From an uncultured Acidobacteriota bacterium (GTDB taxonomy: Bacteria; Acidobacteriota; Terriglobia; Acidiferrales; UBA7541): 64,000 bases of DNA. This document shows positions 28,126 through 46,837 of the stretch, piece after piece. The position numbers were made by a program, and so were the translations under genes. A model generated the notes under the pieces. That model was not told where the DNA came from. It did no database searches and saw only the letters and a program-made list of their open reading frames with translations. Location of the stretch: contig CAWECV010000002.1 in NCBI GenBank assembly GCA_963807765.1, forward strand, positions 777,436-841,435. Direction: 5' to 3'. Numbering within the stretch: position 1 is the stretch's first letter; each line of letters opens with the position of its first letter.

Positions 28126-28731
28126 ATGCAACGGTTCACACTGAAGTACATTTTGCGGCTCATAACTATCGCAGTGACGACGTTCTTTGTTGTTTTCGGC
28201 GGCATCATCTTTGGTTTGTTTGTGCAGAGCCTTCCGACCGGACGGCGAACGCAGGCATGGTGGTGGCACCGCCATCACGGCGCCACGGCTACGTATGATA
28301 ATTACTCGATTCCTGTGCCGCAGAATTGGGTGGTCGAACCACCTATGGGCGAGGTGATGGTCGTGACTAGACTGTATCCGTCGGGCCCGCCGCGGCCGTG
28401 GGGAAATGGCTTCATCGGCCAAATAAATCTCCGGCGCACGACTCGGATTCAAGATGTTGACGAATGGTCATCGGCGATGGTCACCATGCTCACGCGCCTC
28501 GGCGACGAACCCCAGGTGCTCCCCACAATTTATCTAGACGGCGAACGGATGTCGTGCCTCGAAGCTCGCTCGGTTGACTTGGTTTGCGCGACTTCCGAGA
28601 TCATCGTACGCGTCGAAACATTTCGCAATCTCCGATTAAAGACAGGCGACAGCGACTTTCGGGAAGCGTGGGACATTGTGACCGGGATCCGACGGAAGTC
28701 CGGGGCTGGTGCTAAGGCTCCGACTCCCTGA
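28126..28731 (+). CDS. hypothetical membrane-anchored protein (orphan)
   Basis: The ATG at 28126 gives MQRFTLKYILRLITIAVTTFFVVFGGIIFGLFV (TM anchor). TTGACA at 28087-28092 with TATATC/TATCAC lies 15-17 nt downstream. The region is visibly AT-richer. No family recognised. Confidence 0.5.
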   Translation: MQRFTLKYILRLITIAVTTFFVVFGGIIFGLFVQSLPTGRRTQAWWWHRHHGATATYDNYSIPVPQNWVVEPPMGEVMVVTRLYPSGPPRPWGNGFIGQINLRRTTRIQDVDEWSSAMVTMLTRLGDEPQVLPTIYLDGERMSCLEARSVDLVCATSEIIVRVETFRNLRLKTGDSDFREAWDIVTGIRRKSGAGAKAPTP

Positions 28732-28754
28732 AAAGCAATTTTGAGGGAGAAGCA

Positions 28755-28792
28755 AATCGGCGGCGGGCCGGGTGAGCGACCTGCCGCCGATT
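28755..28792. terminator. GC-rich hairpin (AATCGGCGGC...GCCGCCGATT) between convergent ORF 28126..28731 and rpoC; candidate bidirectional terminator
   Basis: Perfect 10-bp arms read directly, with short T-rich stretches on both sides. Confidence 0.4.
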
Positions 28793-28860
28793 CGGTTTGA
28801 GTTGGGCCGCCCGCCCCAGGAGAGCCCGAGGCGGGGTACAGAAAACGCGATGGTGCTGGC

Positions 28861-33054
<4,194 letters not shown>

Positions 33055-33173
33055 GGGCGAACCTCCCGTCCCGGCCTTACCGGGACAAAAACTTGAAGAA
33101 AACCGTTAAACCAGCTTAAGCGGCGTCATCGGAAGAGCCGAGATGTCCGGCGTTCCGACGACGCGCTCTCATG

Positions 33174-37613
<4,440 letters not shown>

Positions 37614-37745
37614 TCTGAGTTACCTCTCCCCCTTAGGGGTTGGCCGGCGCCGGCAGTCGGATAGGACACCCGTACTGGCGGCCCGGGAAGGACGTGTTAC
37701 GAGGTTGATGTTTCCGATGAAGCAAGTGTTTAGGCGAAATCCTTG

Positions 37746-37764
37746 GCGCCCGGATCGCGGGCGC
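37746..37764 (-). terminator. hairpin GCGCCCG-N5-CGGGCGC in the rplL-rpoB spacer; candidate attenuator
   Basis: 7-bp GC stem read directly, 14 nt downstream of the rplL stop. The U-tract is weak. Confidence 0.3.
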
Positions 37765-37777
37765 GATGCCGCCGCCA

Positions 37778-38164
37778 CTACTTGATCTCGACCTTGGCTC
37801 CGGCGTCTTCGAACTTCTTCTTGATGGTGGCGGCTTCGTCCTTGTTGACGCCCTCTTTGACGGTCTTGGGCGCGCCGTCGACCAAATCCTTGGCTTCTTT
37901 CAAGCCCAGGCTGGTGACTTCGCGAACCGCCTTGATGACGTTGATCTTGTTCGCGCCGACGTCGGTGAGTACGACGGTGAATTCCGTCTTTTCTTCCGCC
38001 GGTGCCGCGCCGCCGGCTGCCGCGCCGCCGCCCGCCATCATCACGGGAGCTGCCGCTGCCGCCGACACGCCGAATGCCTCTTCCATTTTCTTGACCAGCT
38101 CGGACGCTTCGAGCAGGGTCAAGCCCTTGATTTCATCCAGAATTGACTCCACTTTGCTAGCCAT
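37778..38164 (-). CDS. rplL: 50S ribosomal protein L7/L12
   Basis: 128 aa with an Ala/Gly hinge and a C-terminal ..[16 protein letters not shown]. Confidence 0.97.
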   Translation of the reverse strand: MASKVESILDEIKGLTLLEASELVKKMEEAFGVSAAAAAPVMMAGGGAAAGGAAPAEEKTEFTVVLTDVGANKINVIKAVREVTSLGLKEAKDLVDGAPKTVKEGVNKDEAATIKKKFEDAGAKVEIK

Positions 38165-38182
38165 TGCGTTTATCCCATCCTC

Positions 38183-38713
38183 CTAAGATTGAGCAAACTT
38201 TTCGGCCTTGACCGCTTCGCTCGTGACCACGGCCATGTTCCGCGAAACGGCGGCCAGCGCGCTGGCGATGCGCTGTGCCGGAGCGCTGAGCAGAAACATC
38301 ATCTTGCTGACCAATTCTTCCTTCGACGGCAGCTGGGCGAGATTTTGAATCTCGTCGATGGAAACGACGCGACCCTCGACCCAACCAGCCTTGAATTTGA
38401 ACGCGGGCACATCCTTGGCGATTTTCGTCAGCACTTTCGCGAGCGCCACGGGATCGGTGCGCGTGTAGGAAATGGAATTTGTGCCCTCGAGATTCTTGAG
38501 CAGTCCTTCGGCCGGAGTTCCCTCACCGGCGCGCTGCGCGAGCGTGTTCTTGACCACCTGATATTTGCCGCCGGCGGCTTCGACCGCGCGGCGCAGTTTC
38601 GTGTCTTCCTCAACCTTGATTCCCTTGAACGTGGTGAGAATCACGGTCGAAACAGTCGCGAGTTCCGCGCGCAGCGTGTCCGACGCCGCTTTCTTATCCG
38701 CCTTCTTCTTCAT
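38183..38713 (-). CDS. rplJ: 50S ribosomal protein L10
   Basis: 176 aa, positioned between rplA and rplL, with an L10-like sequence. Confidence 0.95.
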   Translation of the reverse strand: MKKKADKKAASDTLRAELATVSTVILTTFKGIKVEEDTKLRRAVEAAGGKYQVVKNTLAQRAGEGTPAEGLLKNLEGTNSISYTRTDPVALAKVLTKIAKDVPAFKFKAGWVEGRVVSIDEIQNLAQLPSKEELVSKMMFLLSAPAQRIASALAAVSRNMAVVTSEAVKAEKFAQS

Positions 38714-38752
38714 CCCTTGCTCCTCGTTCGATACAGAAAATCTGCGCGCGAA

Positions 38753-39478
<726 letters not shown>

Positions 39479-39492
39479 GTCTCTCTCTTCTC

Positions 39493-39921
39493 CTACCCGA
39501 CGACTTCGATGCCCATGTTCCGCGCCGTGCCCATCACCGTCCGGACGGCGGATTCGAGCTTCGTGGTGTTCAAGTCCGGCAACTTCACCTTGGCGATTTC
39601 TTCCACTTGCTTGCGCGTAACTTTGGCGACCTTGTTGCGATTCGGCTCGGGCGAACCTTTGACGATTCCCGCGGCGCGCTTCAAGAGTTCCGAGGCCGGC
39701 GGAGTCTTGGTGATGAACGTGAACGAGCGGTCGCTGTAAATCGTGACCAGCACGGGAATGATCATTCCGTCCGGCTCTTTGGCCGTCTTGGAATTGAACT
39801 GCTTGCAAAAATCCATGATGTTCACGCCGTGCGGGCCGAGCGCCGTGCCCACGGGCGGCGCCGGAGTGGCCTTCGCCGCCGGCAATTGCAATTTCACTGT
39901 GGATTGAACTTTCTTCGCCAT
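39493..39921 (-). CDS. rplK: 50S ribosomal protein L11
   Basis: 142 aa, with [32 protein letters not shown] typical of L11. Confidence 0.97.
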   Translation of the reverse strand: MAKKVQSTVKLQLPAAKATPAPPVGTALGPHGVNIMDFCKQFNSKTAKEPDGMIIPVLVTIYSDRSFTFITKTPPASELLKRAAGIVKGSPEPNRNKVAKVTRKQVEEIAKVKLPDLNTTKLESAVRTVMGTARNMGIEVVG

Positions 39922-39999
39922 GTCTCTTTTCCCTTTGCGCCGATTCCCGTCTTGCCGGGCGCGGGCTGTGCCAGCAGCCGCGCGCCGATTTCAAATCTC

Positions 40000-40533
40000 T
40001 TACGCGACTTTTTCGACTTGCGCGAAATCGAGTTCGACCGGAGTGGAACGGCCGAAAATCGTGACGGAAACCTTCAGCGTGCTGCGGTCCGAATTCACTT
40101 CTTCGACCACGCCGGTGAAATTCGCAAACGGCCCATCGACGATGCGCACTTGCTCGTTGCGATCGAAGCTCAGCTTCGGCTTGGGCTTCTCCGCCGTGCT
40201 CGTCGCGCGGTTCAGAATATTTTTTACCTCTTCATCCGTAAGCGGCGTCGGCGTTTGCCCGGAGCCGACGAAGCCGGTGACCCGCGGCGTCGAGCGGACG
40301 ACGTGCCAGGTGTAGTCGTCCATATCCATTTCCACAAGCAAATAGCCCGGATAGCACATCCGCGGCGAAATCACTTTTTTGCCGCCGCGCACTTCGACCA
40401 CCGACTCGGTCGGGATGATCATCTGGCCGATTTTGTCCTGCAACCCGAATGCAGCGACGCGGCCCTCGAGGCTCTCTTTGACCTTTTTCTCAAAGCCCGA
40501 GTACGTGTGAACGATGTACCACTGCTTCGACAT
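40000..40533 (-). CDS. nusG: transcription termination/antitermination factor NusG
   Basis: [18 protein letters not shown].. NGN domain plus a C-terminal KOW domain. The ATG at 40533 is preceded by AAGGAA. Confidence 0.95.
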   Translation of the reverse strand: MSKQWYIVHTYSGFEKKVKESLEGRVAAFGLQDKIGQMIIPTESVVEVRGGKKVISPRMCYPGYLLVEMDMDDYTWHVVRSTPRVTGFVGSGQTPTPLTDEEVKNILNRATSTAEKPKPKLSFDRNEQVRIVDGPFANFTGVVEEVNSDRSTLKVSVTIFGRSTPVELDFAQVEKVA

Positions 40534-40547
40534 TCCGGTTCCTTCGA

Positions 40548-40835
40548 TCAATGTTTGAAATGACCCATCAGCCAGTAATAAGCCATCGACAGGAGCTTGT
40601 CCGTGACGGCAAAGTACAAAGCGAAAATGGCGACGGTGACGATGACGACCGTCGTCGTGGAAATCACATCGTCGCGGCTCGGCCAGTTGACCTTGGCCAT
40701 CTCCACGCGCACTTCATGTAAAAACTGCTTCAGGCGCCGCGGGTATTCCGCAATCCGGGTCACGAAGCCCGGAACCGGAAGCGATGATCCCTCGCTGCTT
40801 GCGCCTTCCTGTCTCAACTTTGCCGCCTCGGCCAT
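40548..40835 (-). CDS. secE: preprotein translocase subunit SecE
   Basis: 95-aa product from the ATG at 40835 with a single C-terminal TM helix, positioned between tRNA-Trp and nusG. The longer ORF would run through the tRNA. Confidence 0.85.
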   Translation of the reverse strand: MAEAAKLRQEGASSEGSSLPVPGFVTRIAEYPRRLKQFLHEVRVEMAKVNWPSRDDVISTTTVVIVTVAIFALYFAVTDKLLSMAYYWLMGHFKH

Positions 40836-40894
40836 GAGCCCGCCTGTCTTGCGCCCCCGCCTGCCGCCGCTGACCCCCGCGCCAACTGCAAAAC

Positions 40895-40969
40895 TGGCAG
40901 GGGAGGAGGGATTCGAACCCCCACTCTCGGTTTTGGAGACCGATGGTCTACCGTTGAACCTACTCCCCT
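40895..40969 (-). tRNA. tRNA-Trp (anticodon CCA), 3' CCA encoded
   Basis: Reverse complement AGGGGAGTAGGTTCAACGGTAGACCATCGGTCTCCAAAACCGAGAGTGGGGGTTCGAATCCCTCCTCCCCTGCCA. It folds as a cloverleaf and is close to E. coli tRNA-Trp. Confidence 0.9.
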
Positions 40970-41028
40970 GAAATTTCGAACCGTAGGTTCGAAATTTCAC
41001 CCTGAGGGATTTACCCGAAGGGTGAAAT
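40970..41028 (-). repeat. two overlapping perfect inverted repeats directly upstream of tRNA-Trp
   Basis: Hairpin A has 13-bp arms at 40970-40982 and 40986-40998. Hairpin B has 10-bp arms at 40994-41003 and 41019-41028. The two share 40994-40998. Confidence 0.6.
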
Positions 41029-41090
41029 CTCTATCCACTCCCGAAGCAAAACCACTGTTGCTCCGCCCGGCCCATAACCGCCGAACTCCT

Positions 41091-41121
41091 GAAATAAATT
41101 CAGCGCGGCTGAATTTATTTC
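41091..41121 (-). terminator. perfect 14-bp inverted repeat (GAAATAAATTCAGC-GCG-GCTGAATTTATTTC) overlapping the rpmG stop codon; candidate terminator or processing stem
   Basis: Read directly. The 3' arm on the minus strand is U-rich. Confidence 0.35.
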
Positions 41122-41264
41122 ACCTCTTTATGCCCGGTGTGCTTCCGGCACGTGTTGCAAAACTTTTTGGTCTCCAGACGATCCGGATGCTTCTTCCGGT
41201 TCTTCATCGTCGTGTAGTTCCGGTTTTTGCATTCGCCGCACTGCAATGTAATGATTTCTCGCAT
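41115..41264 (-). CDS. rpmG: 50S ribosomal protein L33
   Basis: Not in the ORF track (49 aa). Manual translation gives [49 protein letters not shown], a typical Zn-type L33, between tuf and tRNA-Trp. Confidence 0.9.
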   Translation of the reverse strand: MREIITLQCGECKNRNYTTMKNRKKHPDRLETKKFCNTCRKHTGHKEVK

Positions 41265-41270
41265 CTCGCC

Positions 41271-42457
<1,187 letters not shown>

Positions 42458-42584
42458 CGACTATCCTCGCCAGAGAGCTGCGCTGCATGGCAATGCCATC
42501 TCGCGCTCTTCTGTTAGTGGTTTGTTGTTGCCACTTCGTTGCCGGATGAAGCCTGCCCCCGCCGATCTGTTTCGCGTTGCAATC

Positions 42585-42659
42585 TGGAGCGGGGGACGGG
42601 ATTCGAACCCGCGACCATCTGCTTGGAAGGCAGAGACTCTACCCCTGAGTTACCCCCGC
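42585..42659 (-). tRNA. tRNA-Gly (anticodon UCC), CCA encoded
   Basis: Reverse complement GCGGGGGTAACTCAGGGGTAGAGTCTCTGCCTTCCAAGCAGATGGTCGCGGGTTCGAATCCCGTCCCCCGCTCCA. Confidence 0.9.
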
Positions 42660-42708
42660 TCGTCCTCGTGCTCAGTCCCGCGCCACAAACATCTTCGGCG
42701 CGGAAATA

Positions 42709-42784
<76 letters not shown>

Positions 42785-42918
42785 TCATACCGGTCAATCG
42801 CCCCACGCTTCGCGCTGCGACCCGTGCGAATTGCGGGACTGGGTAATCATCACCTCGTACGTTTGGGAACCGGTTGTTCCGCGCAGAGCGCAGGATTAGC
42901 GCTTTGCAAGCGAGACGC

Positions 42919-43007
42919 TGGTGGACGGGGGAGGATTCGAACCTCCGTAGCCCGCAAGGAGCGGCAGATTTACAGTCTGCTGGTTTTAGCCACTCACCCA
43001 CCCGTCC
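42919..43007 (-). tRNA. tRNA-Tyr (anticodon GUA), long variable arm, CCA encoded
   Basis: Reverse complement GGACGGGTGGGTGAGTGGCTAAAACCAGCAGACTGTAAATCTGCCGCTCCTTGCGGGCTACGGAGGTTCGAATCCTCCCCCGTCCACCA. Confidence 0.9.
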
Positions 43008-43061
43008 CGCGTATTCCAGTGGGACGCAACCATCGCATCCCCACGGGGAGGATCGCAACAC

Positions 43062-43092
43062 AAAAAGGGCTCGCGTCCGAAGACACCAGCCC
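43062..43092 (-). terminator. intrinsic terminator between tRNA-Thr(UGU) and tRNA-Tyr
   Basis: Minus strand reads GGGCTGGTGTC-TTCG-GACGCGAGCCC, followed by TTTTTGTGTT. That is 10 of 11 stem positions paired (one G/G mismatch), a UUCG loop and an adjacent U5 tract. Confidence 0.55.
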
Positions 43093-43155
43093 TTACCAAA
43101 TTGTCGCGAGAAATCCGTCCGTTTAACCGCAAAACTATCCGGCCCATCAATTTTC

Positions 43156-43228
43156 AGCTGGCGGAGGGAATTGAACCCCCGACCCTCTGATTACAAATCA
43201 GATGCTCTACCAGCTGAGCTACGCCAGC
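43156..43228 (-). tRNA. tRNA-Thr (anticodon UGU), no encoded CCA
   Basis: Reverse complement GCTGGCGTAGCTCAGCTGGTAGAGCATCTGATTTGTAATCAGAGGGTCGGGGGTTCAATTCCCTCCGCCAGCT, followed by GAAAA. Confidence 0.9.
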
Positions 43229-43244
43229 GCACTCAAACCGAGCA

Positions 43245-43273
43245 AAAATATCACAAAGGAATTAGAATTGCAA
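43245..43273 (-). promoter_or_regulatory. candidate sigma70 promoter TTGCAA-17 nt-TATTTT for the tRNA(-tuf) transcription unit
   Basis: Hexamers at 43273-43268 and 43250-43245 on the minus strand. The -10 ends ~16 nt upstream of the tRNA-Thr 5' end. Confidence 0.45.
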
Positions 43274-43377
43274 GCAAGTTTCTTTTGCAGGCACGCCGTG
43301 TGCCATTGCGAGACCCTGAAGTGCTGAGCCTTCAATAAGTTCCCAGCCCAAACCCTCTGCCATTCCGCTCGGCTAAC

Positions 43378-43406
43378 TTTACACCATTTCGAGGCGCCTC
43401 TATACT
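43378..43406 (+). promoter_or_regulatory. candidate sigma70 promoter TTTACA-17 nt-TATACT placed 6 nt before the ATG of 43413 (leaderless-mRNA geometry)
   Basis: Hexamers read directly at 43378-43383 and 43401-43406. No Shine-Dalgarno is possible. Confidence 0.4.
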
Positions 43407-43412
43407 CGCAAA

Positions 43413-44495
43413 ATGGAATCTACCACAAAACGCGCGCTTGTTGCTGTCGCGATTATCGTCGTTCTTCTAGCGCTCGTTGGTATCTATGCGTTTCACTCGT
43501 TCAGGTCGCGGCGCGCGGCGCCTGCATCAGGGCCGAGCGTGTCCGTCATTGTAACGCCCGCTCACACGAACGATGTGTTGAGTCTTCTTCCTTCGGGCGC
43601 GCCCGTACTCGCGTTTGCCGATGTATCCGCACTGCGGGCTTCTCCATTTGCCGCTGATCTCCAGGCGCTCGAGCCCGCGCCCGATGAAGACAAAGACTAT
43701 CGCGACTTTGTGCGCGAAACGGGATTCGACTATTCGCGCGATCTCGATCGCTTCGCGCTCGACGCGTGGATTGACCCGAATAAGCCTCTGCCGAATGGCT
43801 CGCCGCGCGTCTCGTTGATTACCGTGGCCGACGGAAAATTCGATCACGCGAAAATCACGGCCTATGCCTTGCGCTCGGGCGGCAAGGCGACCAAGTACGG
43901 CGACATTGACGTCTACGAAGTTCCCTCAAATATCCCGGGAGAAAAACTGACGTTCGCATTTCTCTCCCCGACCCGGATCGCGCTCGCGCAAGGAGTGAAT
44001 CTCAATCCAGTTCTCGCCAAGGACGGAAGCGCAAGCCTCGACTCCGCCACGCGCGACCGCATCGCGCGCGTCAACGGCTCGACGATCTTCGCCGTCGCGC
44101 AGACGAACGATCTGGCGAAAATGGTCGCGATTCCAGGAATTCAATCCGGACAATTGAATCGAATCTTGAGCTCGATTAGGGGCCTTTCGCTTGCCGGACG
44201 TCCTGACGGAAACAAGCTCGTCGCCGCGGTCCAGGCCGATTGCGATTCGTTGTCGAACGCCCTGCAGTTGAGCGCGCTGCTTGATACGCTGCGCTGGCTC
44301 GGCCGGGCGGCGCTGGCCGATCCGAAAACGCGCGCGCAAATGAGGCCGAGCGACGCCGACGCGCTGGATACTTTGCTCAAAATCTCGAAGGTGACGCGCG
44401 ACGGCAGGACAGTGAGTGTCCACGCCGAGATCCCTGCCAATATCTTGAAGGCCCCCGCTCCCGCACCCGCTGCGCGCAAGACCAGCAGGCCATAA
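43413..44495 (+). CDS. hypothetical membrane-anchored/periplasmic protein
   Basis: 360 aa with an N-terminal TM anchor (ALVAVAIIVVLLALVGIYAF). No family recognised. Confidence 0.65.
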   Translation: MESTTKRALVAVAIIVVLLALVGIYAFHSFRSRRAAPASGPSVSVIVTPAHTNDVLSLLPSGAPVLAFADVSALRASPFAADLQALEPAPDEDKDYRDFVRETGFDYSRDLDRFALDAWIDPNKPLPNGSPRVSLITVADGKFDHAKITAYALRSGGKATKYGDIDVYEVPSNIPGEKLTFAFLSPTRIALAQGVNLNPVLAKDGSASLDSATRDRIARVNGSTIFAVAQTNDLAKMVAIPGIQSGQLNRILSSIRGLSLAGRPDGNKLVAAVQADCDSLSNALQLSALLDTLRWLGRAALADPKTRAQMRPSDADALDTLLKISKVTRDGRTVSVHAEIPANILKAPAPAPAARKTSRP

Positions 44496-44626
44496 TCCGC
44501 GTTCGGTCCGTTCAGGTTCAGCCAGGGAAAATGCAGTATCTTCGCCGCACGTGGAATGACTGCGGACGAACCAGAACCGATTGGATGGGTATTGACAACA
44601 GGAAGGTTCAGTTAAATCGCGGGACT

Positions 44627-45541
44627 TCAGTCGCCGTTCGAAAGAGTGGTTCGTGCAGCCTTCAGATAGCGCCAGGGGTTGATTGGCGTGTTGTTTAGAC
44701 GAACTTCGTAGTGCACGTGCGGCCCGGTGGCATGCCCGGAAGCGCCTTCGTAACCAATTACATCACCGCGCTTTACCTGTTCGCCGGGAGCAGTGTTGAA
44801 CTGCTTCAGATGCCCGTACCAGGTGGCCACGCCGCCGCCATGGTCAATGACGACCAACCGCCCGTAGCCGGCGCGGCGCTCAACCACCGCCACAATGCCA
44901 TCCGCTGTCGCATGAACGGGATCGCCCAGATGCGAGGCAATATCCACGCCAGCATGAAACTCAATGCCTTCGCCATTGAACGGGTCAGTCCGGTCTCCAA
45001 AGCGGCCGGTGATTTCGCCAACGACAGGCCAGAGCGAGGGCATGACGGCAAGACTCGAGAGCTGGGGCGCCGTCTGCATGTGCCAATAATTCCTCGCGGA
45101 AACCGGAGTGAAACCCTGATTCGTCGCCCGATACGTCAACTCACCATTCAGGGCATCCAGGGATTGCTGATACCCGCCGTCTTCGGAGGCGTAGGCGTCG
45201 TTCATCGTGAAAGGCGACTGGCGGAGCCGCGTGATGCCGTAGGCCTCGGCCACTTCGCCGGCGAGCGATTGTAGCGAGTTCAGGTGCTGGTTGGTGTTCG
45301 TTACCTGAACCTGCAAATCCTGATATTGCTTCTTCAGGTTCGATTGCTCGCGGCGCAGCGCGTTGTAGTTGGTTACCTTCCAGAGCATCCGGCTGTAGGA
45401 GCTCAACGCAGCCGCGACCGTGATTCCACCGACCAATGAGAGAACCAGAAGAAGTTGGACCAGATAGACAGGCACGCGGACCCGGCGGACCTGCCCGGAG
45501 TCGCTTGAAGCGATAAATAGCGTATACGACTTTCGCTTCAT
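44627..45541 (-). CDS. M23-family peptidoglycan metalloendopeptidase
   Basis: C-terminal HAGVDI.., ..GRLVVIDHGGGVATWYGHL.., GPHVHYEV motifs, with a TM anchor and coiled coil upstream. The ATG at 45541 (AGGAAA upstream) is preferred over 45673. Confidence 0.85.
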   Translation of the reverse strand: MKRKSYTLFIASSDSGQVRRVRVPVYLVQLLLVLSLVGGITVAAALSSYSRMLWKVTNYNALRREQSNLKKQYQDLQVQVTNTNQHLNSLQSLAGEVAEAYGITRLRQSPFTMNDAYASEDGGYQQSLDALNGELTYRATNQGFTPVSARNYWHMQTAPQLSSLAVMPSLWPVVGEITGRFGDRTDPFNGEGIEFHAGVDIASHLGDPVHATADGIVAVVERRAGYGRLVVIDHGGGVATWYGHLKQFNTAPGEQVKRGDVIGYEGASGHATGPHVHYEVRLNNTPINPWRYLKAARTTLSNGD

Positions 45542-45770
45542 CTTTTCAATTTCCTGTCTTAAGAATACTACAGGCCAGAGTCCGCTGAACCTCGCAGCGG
45601 TTAGCCGAGACATCCCCTGGAAAGAACCGATAGACTTGGTCCGAAACGGGACGAATTGTAGGGATTCAGCCATGGCTCGTCAACCTATTTCTTCTGTTTC
45701 CTGTAGGTTCCCAAGACCTCACACCACAATCGAGCCGATCTATAATTCCAGTCTGAATTGTGGTGAGTGT

Positions 45771-46817
45771 ATGAAATTATCGCGTGGCGCAATTCCTGAT
45801 ACAACTGTACTGATGACCAGAGAAAGAGATCTGCTCGCAAGAATCACGGCAGCCGTCCCGACGGACAGGGGGGTCGCCGAACGGCTAGGTTTGCGCCTGG
45901 GAATCGGAGATGACGCCGCGCTGATCGCACCCGAACGAAATCGGGAGATTGTCCTCAGCAGCGATTTTTTCATCGAAGGTTCACATTTCCTTGTGAGCGA
46001 GCATCCGCCAGAGTCGGTCGGCTACAAATCTGTCGCACGCGCTGCGAGCGATCTCGCCGCGATGGGAGCCGAGCCGGCATTTTTCCTTCTCAATCTGGCG
46101 ATGCCCAGGGAAAGAACTGGCGCATGGCTCGATGGATATCTGCGCGGGCTCGGAAGCGCGTCGCATAGCCTGGGTATCTCACTGATAGGGGGAGACTTAG
46201 CCAAGGCCGAGCGAGTCTCCGTGTGCGTCACGGTGATTGGCTACGCGAAATCCGGAGCGGCGATTCAACGCACGGGAGCGAAACCCGGAGACTTCGTCTA
46301 CGTCAGCGGGCGGCTCGGCGCAGCGCGCTTGGGCCTTGAGATCATTCGCAAGAAACTCCAGCACGGAGCGGGCGCCAAGCGGTTGCTTCGGCCGCATCTT
46401 TATCCCGAAGTCCGGCTTCAGCTAGGAGCGTGGCTGGCGCGAAACCGGATTGCTTCGGCGATGATAGACATTTCCGACGGCCTATCGATTGATCTCGGAC
46501 GACTTTGCGAGGCGAGCCGCGTGGGCGCGACCATCGAAGCCGCTCGCGTCCCGTGCCCGAAAATTCCCAAGGAATGGACGAAGCGATTGCGCCTGAGGCC
46601 ATCGGCGGAGCTCGAATTCGCGCTGCACGGGGGAGACGACTACGAGTTGCTCTTCACCCTTCCTCCGAACCGCGCGCGAAAACTGCGCCTTGTGCCGGGC
46701 AACGCGCAAGTGACGCGCATCGGCAGAATCACCCGGGATCGTCGCCTGTCGATTGTTGAACAGGACGGCCGAACGCGGGCGCTGCCGCCGCGAGGCTGGG
46801 ATCACTTCGCGAGCTGA
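45771..46817 (+). CDS. thiL: thiamine-monophosphate kinase
   Basis: GIGDDAALIAP...LSSDFFIEGSHF and the AIR-synthase-like fold pattern. The start could be 45771 (GGTGAG upstream) or 45813. Confidence 0.8.
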   Translation: MKLSRGAIPDTTVLMTRERDLLARITAAVPTDRGVAERLGLRLGIGDDAALIAPERNREIVLSSDFFIEGSHFLVSEHPPESVGYKSVARAASDLAAMGAEPAFFLLNLAMPRERTGAWLDGYLRGLGSASHSLGISLIGGDLAKAERVSVCVTVIGYAKSGAAIQRTGAKPGDFVYVSGRLGAARLGLEIIRKKLQHGAGAKRLLRPHLYPEVRLQLGAWLARNRIASAMIDISDGLSIDLGRLCEASRVGATIEAARVPCPKIPKEWTKRLRLRPSAELEFALHGGDDYELLFTLPPNRARKLRLVPGNAQVTRIGRITRDRRLSIVEQDGRTRALPPRGWDHFAS

Positions 46818-46837
46818 ACGTGAAATTTGCTCGAAAC

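Noticed and set aside
39479-39994. N-terminal extension of the rplA reading frame (413-aa ORF 38753..39994).
   Set aside because: The extension overlaps rplK in another frame and has no L1-like sequence. The internal ATG at 39478 gives a normal 241-aa L1.
40836-41000. Upstream extension of the secE ORF (150-aa version).
   Set aside because: It runs straight through tRNA-Trp (40895..40969). The ATG at 40835 gives a normal-sized SecE.
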